The notes beneath the pieces are model-generated. The model was not told the origin of the DNA, did not search any database, and saw only the letters and a list, made by a program, of their open reading frames with translations. The translations under genes and the position numbers were made by a program. Positions 30,435-38,113 of a DNA stretch of 64,000 nucleotides are shown here, piece by piece (the stretch's first letter is position 1; every line of letters begins with the position of its first letter). Source of the DNA: a candidate division WOR-3 bacterium (lineage in GTDB: Bacteria; Hydrothermota; Tepidihabitantia; SM23-42; CAYGYG01); assembly GCA_965648915.1 (NCBI GenBank), contig CBFGIV010000001.1, forward strand, positions 1-64,000, given 5' to 3'.

Positions 30435-30576
30435 ACACTTATAATACAAATTTTTAGTAAATATGCAACATCAATTTTCGAATAAACTTATGCTTGATTA
30501 TACTATTTAATTGGTCTATAATATCTCCCGAAAGAGTTGCCCGTAAGAATCTTTAAGGAATGAAGGAAATAGATAT

Positions 30577-31092
30577 ATGAGAGTCGTCAGACTATTTATT
30601 ATCTTAATCGGTTCAGCCGTTGTTTTGTTTGTTGCACTGGCGACTGTTTATCTGCTCAGCCATCGCCAGAGGGTAATCTCTTCATCAGAGATTAAAACCC
30701 CAGGGGCAACTAAGAATGTGCTTATCGCCAGTCAGGGGAGCACATTTAAAAATGGCCTGGTCGAAAGTCTCCGGGTATATTTACAGAAGAGGCCTTACAA
30801 TTTGAAGATAATCGATGTCACGATGCTGGGTGAGATTGATGAAGCGGATTGGGATGCCCTCGTCCTGATTCATACTACTGAAAAATGGCAGTTGCAACCC
30901 GATGTTAAAAAATATCTCGACCGCGCCAAAGATTTAAGTAAAGTGGTCCTCGTAACGACATCCGGGAATGGAAGGTGGAAGACAAGAGACTATAAAGTCG
31001 ATGCAATTACCTCTGCCTCAAAAAAGAATGAATTGAGTTCTCTTACCGCACTGATTATTGACCGAATCGAAATGATACTGGCGAACCCCTGA
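30577..31092 (+). CDS. Hypothetical membrane-anchored protein (alpha/beta domain)
   Basis: N-terminal TM helix, AAGGA SD, own promoter at 30494-30522. Confidence 0.7.
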   Translation: MRVVRLFIILIGSAVVLFVALATVYLLSHRQRVISSSEIKTPGATKNVLIASQGSTFKNGLVESLRVYLQKRPYNLKIIDVTMLGEIDEADWDALVLIHTTEKWQLQPDVKKYLDRAKDLSKVVLVTTSGNGRWKTRDYKVDAITSASKKNELSSLTALIIDRIEMILANP

Positions 31093-31215
31093 AGTATACT
31101 AGAGATCGGACTGCCTAGATGATTTTCGAACCCGACAATGAAGATAAAAGATTCCGCACCGGCGATGGCTTGATTTTATGGGTAATCTATATATAATTGG
31201 ATTTAAGGAGGTTAG

Positions 31216-31605
31216 ATGAAGCTACCTTTTGGTGAAATAAAAGAGAATGTTTTGATGATGAAGTTTTCGACGGCCGATTATTCGATTGCATCGGTATTGA
31301 ATGCAATCAAGATGCACATCGATGTTATTAAAGAAATGGGTGTGGTATTTCTCGGTGCCTCGACCGAAGTCGTCGTCGGCCCGACTCCGGTCTTCACGCC
31401 GGTTCCGGTTGTCGCTCATTTTGAATATAGCGGTAAAGGAGATAGTAAAGAGTTTCTGGAGAAGGTTTATCGCATTGTCTGGGAAGGTATTGTAAATTCT
31501 TTCGTTGACGAAGCATGCTGGGCTCAGTCCAAAGCCGCCTATGCCCAGTTTATCCATTCTCAGGCCGACCTTTTGCGAGCAAGGATTGAAGCGACAAAAG
31601 AATAG
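31216..31605 (+). CDS. Hypothetical protein
   Basis: GGGAGG SD; TTGATT-16 bp-TATAAT promoter at 31170-31197. Confidence 0.75.
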   Translation: MKLPFGEIKENVLMMKFSTADYSIASVLNAIKMHIDVIKEMGVVFLGASTEVVVGPTPVFTPVPVVAHFEYSGKGDSKEFLEKVYRIVWEGIVNSFVDEACWAQSKAAYAQFIHSQADLLRARIEATKE

Positions 31606-31707
31606 TTCCGGTTACTACATTCCCTGTCAATCTTCCCAATCCTGCTGTTGGGCTATTTTGTGCCTGGGGTACTTAAAGTTGGGCTGTGATGTTGTGAGAT
31701 AACTCTT

Positions 31708-33219
31708 ATGATTAGTCTTCTCGCCCTGCTGGTTTTCTCGGTAAATGCTGACCTCAGATGGGTGGAGGTAGATTTATCACTTTTAAAAGATGGAAGGGCA
31801 GATTTTATATATAAAATAAGATGGAATGTTATCCAGGGGCAGATGCACGATTTCTATCTCCAGGGGATCTCGGTCGATCCTTATTTTGACTATGAGAATT
31901 CGCATGCGCTGGACGGGCAGGGGCGAAGATATCTCCTTAAGATAGTAAATCTCGGTGACAAATATGATATCTTACTTGCCGATAACCAGGCATATGGTCC
32001 GGGTGAAATAACCTATATTCTCCATTTCGGGGGCGATCTGGCACGATCCCAGAATCTTGCAACTACAACCAGTAGGGAATTTGGCCAACTGGTTGTTCTG
32101 AACTGGGCACCACCCCAGTGGGATGAGCACTTAGACCATTACACGATCTATCTCCATTATCCGATTGAAACCCCGGGCAAAGAGGTCAGACCCGATGATT
32201 ATGGTTTTTTGACCGAACCATTTATGAATAAGAATTATCTGATCGATTATTATGGTCAGGTTTATCAGGGGCACAATTATTTTACGGTTCGAATACATAA
32301 AAATAATCTCCAGACAAGAGAGAAGATGCCGATTCAATGTTATATACCGGAACGGTATTTTGAAACTGAAAAGTTCGGTCGTGTCCGATTACCTGCGCCG
32401 AGCAGGAAAAAGACCGGGGGAGCGGGTGTATCCTATGATATAATTTATGCCTTGATATCAATCGTGCCTTATCTCTTTTATTCGAATCGTAAGGCAAGAC
32501 GTGTCCAGCAGGCATTTGTCGAGGTTGAGACACTAAACTGGCTCAAACAGGATTGGATACCACCCAAGATTGAACTGGCGACATTTCGCAAGACTGGTAA
32601 GGTGGCGAAGCTCGATTTCATCGAGGCGGCACTCCTTCTTGACTTTCCGGTTAATAAGGTCTTAACAATTCTCTTCAATAATCTTGAAAAATTCGGGATC
32701 CTCAAAGTAAACTCGATTGACCCATTGAATGTTAAGGTCCTTCATCTCCCGGTGGGTCTGCGTTACTATGAGCATGTTCTTATAAATGCAATCAAAACCG
32801 ATGGCACAATTGACGAAAATGGTTTAAAGGCAGTTATCAATGTGGTCGTCGAGAAATTGAGTCAGAAGATGTGGGATTGTGATGTTGAAGCGACCAAGGC
32901 ATACTATCGTCAGAAGATATCTGCACCCGGTATTGATGATCGATATCAAGAGCAGGAGTATTACGATTATCTTATGGATCGGGATTTTTATCTACGCAGT
33001 CGTTATCGAACGATGGAGAATTCAATTGTTCCGATCAGTGAAGAGTTTAAGACCTATTCAAATTTTATACACTCTGATGCCTGTCATAGCGCATGCTATG
33101 TACATACTGCCTGCCATGATGCCTGCCATTCGGCCTGCCACTCCGCCTGTCATTCGGCCTGCCACTCCGCCTGTCACTCGGCTTGCCATTCGGCCTGTGT
33201 TAGCGGAGGAGCACACTGA
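31708..33219 (+). CDS. Signal-peptide single-pass membrane protein (DUF2207-like architecture) with C-terminal (CHSA)n Cys/His-rich tail
   Basis: MISLLALLVFSVNA signal, beta-rich exported domain, TM IIYALISIVPYLFYS followed by basic NRKARR, soluble domain, then DACHSACYVHTACHDA(CHSA)6CVSGGAH. Confidence 0.85.
   Translation: MISLLALLVFSVNADLRWVEVDLSLLKDGRADFIYKIRWNVIQGQMHDFYLQGISVDPYFDYENSHALDGQGRRYLLKIVNLGDKYDILLADNQAYGPGEITYILHFGGDLARSQNLATTTSREFGQLVVLNWAPPQWDEHLDHYTIYLHYPIETPGKEVRPDDYGFLTEPFMNKNYLIDYYGQVYQGHNYFTVRIHKNNLQTREKMPIQCYIPERYFETEKFGRVRLPAPSRKKTGGAGVSYDIIYALISIVPYLFYSNRKARRVQQAFVEVETLNWLKQDWIPPKIELATFRKTGKVAKLDFIEAALLLDFPVNKVLTILFNNLEKFGILKVNSIDPLNVKVLHLPVGLRYYEHVLINAIKTDGTIDENGLKAVINVVVEKLSQKMWDCDVEATKAYYRQKISAPGIDDRYQEQEYYDYLMDRDFYLRSRYRTMENSIVPISEEFKTYSNFIHSDACHSACYVHTACHDACHSACHSACHSACHSACHSACHSACVSGGAH
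33082..33198 (+). repeat. 12-bp coding tandem repeat encoding Cys-His-Ser-Ala
   Basis: TGY CAY TCS GCY units with synonymous variation: six consecutive copies plus upstream CHSA and CHDA variants. Confidence 0.95.
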
Positions 33220-34571
33220 TGATTGACAATCTTAAAAAAGATGTGAGCACGGAAAGGTTAGAGGTGAAATTTGATATTAATATTGACTGGGTTGATGAAT
33301 TTACAGAAAAGATAAGGCCGTTTGTATATGTGCGGCCCGAAGATTGTTTAATGATCTTAATTCCTAATCAGATCTACCGTTTGAATCGCAGCGGTCTCGG
33401 GATATTGAATTTTATGCTCAAGGGTGGGAAGATAAGAGAGTTAATCACCCTTCTGAATTTAAATCAAAGACAGATTGCCGAGATCCATTATTTCTTTGCC
33501 GATTTACGGGCGCTGATTAAGGGTTGTTTTCAGGAGAGTGAGAAACGCCGGGCAGTTGATTATTTTGAATATAAGGGTAATTTTAATAAATTACCGGTCC
33601 TTTCCGAAATTGCAGTAACCTACCGATGTAATTTAAATTGTAGGTTTTGCTATGTAGGCGAAAAAAGCGATTATCGAGAATTATCCACCGCTGAGTTAAA
33701 AATTGTTTTAAGGAAGATCTTTTTTGAAGCCAAAGTTCCTTCAGTCAGTTTTACCGGTGGTGAACCATTGTTGAGGAAGGATATTTTACAGATAGTTAAG
33801 TTTGCCCGCAGCCTTGGTCTCTGGACCAATTTAATTACTAATGGGACATTGATCGAGCGAGAAATGGCCCGGGATCTGAAAAGAATGGGGCTTAATTCAA
33901 GCCAGGTGAGCATCGAAGGCCATAATTCAGAGATTCATGAGCGTTTGACCGGATTGGCCGGGACCTATACCAGGACTATCAACGGGATTGAATGCTTACG
34001 CGAGGTTGGGATCCCGGTGCATACCAATACTACGGTGACAAGAGAAAACCTCGCATATCTTGAGGAGATTGTTCGTCTGGTTAAAGGACTCGGTTTGAAT
34101 CGACTCTCGATGAATCTTCTGATTCCCTGCGGTTCAGCATCAGAAAGAAAGGAGATATGGGTAAGTTATAGTGAGATTGGTGAACATATTCTCAGGGCGC
34201 AAGGCCTTGCTCGGGCCTTGGGGATAAAGTTTCTCTGGTATTCACCCGTGCCTTTGTGTAAATTCAATCCCATCGCTCATTGCCTGGGTAATAAGTCCTG
34301 TGCTGCGGTGAGTGGACTATTAAGTATTGATCCCGAGGGGAATATCTTACCCTGCTCTTCCTGGCCCCAGCCACTGGGCTCACTGCTCAAAGAACCTTTT
34401 CAAAAAATCTGGAATAGTGTTGGGGCCGAATATTTTAAAGAACATCAGTACGCGCCGGATATCTGTCAGGGATGTGAATTGTTCCCGGTCTGTATCGGTG
34501 CCTGTCCTATCTACTGGCAGCATCGAGGCGCGGATGAGTTAAAAGCGACGGTTATTGATGATGGGGTATAG
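33219..34571 (+). CDS. Radical SAM/SPASM protein with PqqD/RRE-like N-terminal domain
   Basis: CNLNCRFC, FTGGEP, TNGTLI; SPASM Cys set CAAV...ILPC...CQGCELFPVCIGACP; N-terminal LIPNQIYRLNRSGLGIL. Start overlaps the upstream stop (TGATG). Confidence 0.9.
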   Translation: MIDNLKKDVSTERLEVKFDINIDWVDEFTEKIRPFVYVRPEDCLMILIPNQIYRLNRSGLGILNFMLKGGKIRELITLLNLNQRQIAEIHYFFADLRALIKGCFQESEKRRAVDYFEYKGNFNKLPVLSEIAVTYRCNLNCRFCYVGEKSDYRELSTAELKIVLRKIFFEAKVPSVSFTGGEPLLRKDILQIVKFARSLGLWTNLITNGTLIEREMARDLKRMGLNSSQVSIEGHNSEIHERLTGLAGTYTRTINGIECLREVGIPVHTNTTVTRENLAYLEEIVRLVKGLGLNRLSMNLLIPCGSASERKEIWVSYSEIGEHILRAQGLARALGIKFLWYSPVPLCKFNPIAHCLGNKSCAAVSGLLSIDPEGNILPCSSWPQPLGSLLKEPFQKIWNSVGAEYFKEHQYAPDICQGCELFPVCIGACPIYWQHRGADELKATVIDDGV

Positions 34572-35480
34572 ATGGAGGAAGTGAAACAGGGTTATGCCAT
34601 ATTTGACAGGGTTAACCCCGGTCTGCGCAGCCTGTTTTCGGCGGGGCTGATTCTTCTTGCTTTTCTCTTTCAGTTGAATACCAGAAGTTTCTGGACCGGT
34701 TTACCTTTGCTCATTATCTGTATTGCGATCAACTGGATGAAGAATATCTCAACCAGGGCTTTGACCGCCGATAAGCGAGAATGGGTTGAAGTGACTCCGG
34801 AAAAGATTCTGCTGGTTTATGAACAGGCCCGGCGGATAAAAAAATTTCGCAGTGGCAATTTTGGTATCGGCTGTCTTATCGCCATCATCTTTCTTTCGAT
34901 CTTTTTTCTCCCCGCCTTTGCGCAGTCAATCACCCTCTCCCCCTTCATTGTATATGTAATTATCGATGCCCTGATCCTGTTTGCCGGGCTTACTATCTCC
35001 GGGCGCAGGAGTGCCTGGATGGCACCAGGGCTCGATCTCAAGGCTGAGATTATTAATCGACTGTTGAATGCACCGATAATAAAAGATGACCCCGGTTTGA
35101 AGGCGATACCGCTTCTCGAGATCGGCAAATCAACAAAGGGTGATTTCCCGATCGATGTTCGACTCAAATTGAAATTCATCGATGCGCCTGAGGATTTTTT
35201 AGGGATCCAGGGGCAGATTTCGATCAATAGTGTGAAATCTACTGACTATCCCTATTTTTATTCGGTAGTTATTGCAAAGAAATCTTTCAATCTTCTGGCA
35301 AAAATAGGTAAACAGGAGATAGAAAGGCTGGTGATTGAAACCCAGACGCCGGCTGATGTTGATGTTGTTGTCCTACGCCAGAAAACAACCCGGACCTCGG
35401 GTTATTATACCGATAAGAATCAGCAGGATTATATACTCTTCAACGCCATTAAACTTACTAAAGAGATCTTGAAAAAATAG
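34572..35480 (+). CDS. Hypothetical membrane protein (about 4 TM helices plus soluble C-domain)
   Basis: Starts at the base immediately after the radical SAM stop; two hydrophobic helix pairs. Confidence 0.8.
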   Translation: MEEVKQGYAIFDRVNPGLRSLFSAGLILLAFLFQLNTRSFWTGLPLLIICIAINWMKNISTRALTADKREWVEVTPEKILLVYEQARRIKKFRSGNFGIGCLIAIIFLSIFFLPAFAQSITLSPFIVYVIIDALILFAGLTISGRRSAWMAPGLDLKAEIINRLLNAPIIKDDPGLKAIPLLEIGKSTKGDFPIDVRLKLKFIDAPEDFLGIQGQISINSVKSTDYPYFYSVVIAKKSFNLLAKIGKQEIERLVIETQTPADVDVVVLRQKTTRTSGYYTDKNQQDYILFNAIKLTKEILKK

Positions 35481-35483
35481 AAT

Positions 35484-37646
35484 TTAATCCCTTAGATCTT
35501 TTTCTTTAAAACCCTCTCTCTTAGAAAACAGGACCGCGCCGATGATCAAGATTAAAGAGAGGGAGCTGATGATAATTACGCCCAATGGAAAACCCCTGTG
35601 CATAATTACGAGCGGGGCGACGAGGAGCGAGACGAGATTGATTACTTTAATCATTGGATTAAGCGCGGGTCCGGCTGTATCTTTTAATGGATCGCCAACC
35701 GTATCGCCGATGACCGATGCCTTATGGCAGTCAGAACCTTTGCCTCCATAGAATCCATCCTCGATCGATTTTTTTGCATTATCCCAGGCACCCCCGGCAT
35801 TAGCCATAAAGACAGCGAGCAACTGGCCAACAAGGATGATGCCCGCAAGAAATCCGCCTAATGCTTCGGCCTTGAAGACAAAACCGACCAGGATCGGCGA
35901 GAGGATCGAAATCAGCCCGAGGCCGATCAACTCCCGCTGGGCCGCAGTCGTGCAGATGGCAACTGGTTTTGCATAATCAGGCTCGGCTCTACCTTCCCAG
36001 AGCCCGGGTATTTCAGCAAATTGACGTCGGATCTCTTTGACAATAAGAAATGCGGCACGGCCGACCGCACGGATCGCCAGGGAACTGAAGAGAAAAGGTA
36101 TCGCTCCACCGATCAACATACCGATAAAGACGACGGGATTGGAGACATCGATCTTACCCAGTTTCAAATCAACGGTAAATGCACCGAAGAGGGAGACGGC
36201 AGCGATGACTGCTGAGCCGATAGCAATACCTTTGGTTATCGCCTTGGTCGTATTGCCAACCGCATCAAGATCAGCCATAATTTGACGGGCCTTGGGCTCC
36301 ATATGAGCCATCTCACCAATCCCGTTGGCATTGTCCGATATCGGGCCGAATGCATCCATAGAGATATTGTTGCCGGTGAGGGTCAATTGTCCGATACCAC
36401 ACAGGGCAACACCGTAGAGAATATATTGAAAACCCATTCCCTGCCAGATGAGTGCCGAGGCGATGATTGAAATTGCGATGACAATTATTGCCCAGACCGT
36501 GCTTTCGTAGCCGACCGCCAGACCGCGCAGGATAACGGTAGCCGCCCCGGTCTGACTGGAACGGGCGATCTCTTTGACCGGTGCTTTCTCAGTTGATGTG
36601 AAATAATCGGTCAGGTAGTTAAAGGAGACCGCGAGGAATATACCGATGCTGGTTGAGAAGAAGACCCGCAGGTCTTTGAAATAGAAATGGGCAAAGATAA
36701 AAAAGGCGGCAATGGAAATGATGGCCGAAAGCCAGTAACCACGGTGGATCGCTTCCATGGCGTTTTCAACCTCTTTCAGAGCGCGCACCGCATAGGTGCC
36801 AATAATTGATGAGAAGACGCCTGAGGCACGGACCAGCAGGGGAAAGACGATCCACTTCAATTCAAAATCAACTTTTAAGGCGGCAATGGAAAGACCGAGG
36901 AGCATCGCTGAGACGATGGTTACTTCGTAGGATTCGAATATATCAGCAGCCATCCCGGCGCAATCACCAACATTATCGCCTACCAGATCAGCAATCACCG
37001 CGGCGTTTCTCGGGTCATCTTCCGGGATATTTTTTTCCACCTTTCCAACCAGGTCAGCACCAACATCGGCGGCTTTGGTGTAGATACCTCCACCGACCCT
37101 CATAAATAGCGCTAAGAGACACCCGCCAAATCCAAATCCGAGTAAAACTTCTGGTGCCTCTTTACCAAAAATTATAAAAATTGTGGTTCCTCCTAAAAGT
37201 CCCAGCCCGTCAGTTAACATTCCGGTAATGGTCCCGGAGCGGTAGGCGATTTTTAGTGCTTCAGCAAAACTCCTGCGAGCTGCGGACGCTACCCGCACAT
37301 TGCCCCGGACTGCCATCCCCATACCGATATAACCGACCAGGGCAGAAAATATTGAACCCATCAGAAAGGCGCCGGCCCGGCCCAGGGCAATATGTGGACC
37401 CTGGGTGGTAGTAAAGTAGAGGAGGATAGCGAGGATTACAATCAGGAAGGCGATCGCCCGGAACTGGCGATTGAGATAGGTATTTGCTCCAACTTTAATG
37501 GCATTTGATATCTTTCTCATCTTTTCATCGCCCTGATCGGCCCGGAGAATCTGAAGAGTAAGAAATAGGGCGTATAATAACCCGGCTATCGCCACACCTA
37601 AAACCGACCAGATTGCGATGATCTCAAATGTTGATGCACCGTGCAT
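35484..37646 (-). CDS. hppA: Membrane-bound pyrophosphatase, predicted K+-independent H+ pump
   Basis: GGGIYTKAADVGADLVGKVE, IPEDDPRN, DNVGD, GNTTKA, GDTVGDPLKD. Confidence 0.95.
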   Translation of the reverse strand: MHGASTFEIIAIWSVLGVAIAGLLYALFLTLQILRADQGDEKMRKISNAIKVGANTYLNRQFRAIAFLIVILAILLYFTTTQGPHIALGRAGAFLMGSIFSALVGYIGMGMAVRGNVRVASAARRSFAEALKIAYRSGTITGMLTDGLGLLGGTTIFIIFGKEAPEVLLGFGFGGCLLALFMRVGGGIYTKAADVGADLVGKVEKNIPEDDPRNAAVIADLVGDNVGDCAGMAADIFESYEVTIVSAMLLGLSIAALKVDFELKWIVFPLLVRASGVFSSIIGTYAVRALKEVENAMEAIHRGYWLSAIISIAAFFIFAHFYFKDLRVFFSTSIGIFLAVSFNYLTDYFTSTEKAPVKEIARSSQTGAATVILRGLAVGYESTVWAIIVIAISIIASALIWQGMGFQYILYGVALCGIGQLTLTGNNISMDAFGPISDNANGIGEMAHMEPKARQIMADLDAVGNTTKAITKGIAIGSAVIAAVSLFGAFTVDLKLGKIDVSNPVVFIGMLIGGAIPFLFSSLAIRAVGRAAFLIVKEIRRQFAEIPGLWEGRAEPDYAKPVAICTTAAQRELIGLGLISILSPILVGFVFKAEALGGFLAGIILVGQLLAVFMANAGGAWDNAKKSIEDGFYGGKGSDCHKASVIGDTVGDPLKDTAGPALNPMIKVINLVSLLVAPLVIMHRGFPLGVIIISSLSLILIIGAVLFSKREGFKEKDLRD

Positions 37647-37904
37647 AATTAAACTCCTTTTTTGACATCAAATTCCTGAGATGGAAGTTAATGCCTGTAA
37701 TACTATATAAAAATTCACAAAAGTCAATAATTCGATTTAAATCAAAAAATAATTTCAACGGAAAGAAAACAGGAGTGTTTTGACATCCTCCAGCAAAGGA
37801 GCGTCCCGCCTTTCTTCAGCTTAGGGGCGTCTCGCCCCGACCTGCGGGACCATTCTCTCCATGCTATATTGTTATAATGTTTAGATCTGCCCCCATCGTC
37901 CCCG

Positions 37905-37930
37905 AATTAAGTATTGTGTCCCCGGAATTC
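37905..37930 (-). repeat. REP-like dispersed motif, copy 2 (GAATTCCGGGGACACAATACTTAATT)
   Basis: Matches 1374-1398; an adjacent partial GTCCCCGAATT unit lies just to its left. Confidence 0.65.
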
Positions 37931-38113
37931 CAAATAGCCAGTCAGGGGACTCGGTCGACTATGTGCTCAGATCCTTTCCTTGGATCCATTCTCGGTTTCT
38001 TAAGAAAGTGAGAAATCAAATTTTACGTTTCTGTGCGCATTTGCTGTTATTAACGAATGATTGACAAGGAGTAAAGAAGGAAATATAATAGAATATTAAG
38101 AAAGGAACAATTG

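Noticed and set aside
33082..33198. CHSACH read as heme c attachment motifs (multiheme cytochrome)
   Set aside because: The spacing is CX3CH with shared cysteines, not discrete CXXCH. The tail is predicted cytoplasmic, and no cytochrome c maturation genes lie in the window.
33082..33198. Tandem repeat as a CRISPR array or neutral VNTR
   Set aside because: 12-bp units with no spacers, in frame, varying almost only at synonymous positions; no cas genes.
37798..37860. Hammerhead ribozyme on the minus strand (GUC, stem, CUGAAGA)
   Set aside because: Four extra bases separate the stem from CUGAAGA, and there is no stem II or correctly placed GAAAC to close the core.
37798..37860. tRNA or a riboswitch controlling hppA
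   Set aside because: No cloverleaf, T-loop or CCA end, and the predicted hppA promoter lies downstream of the structure.
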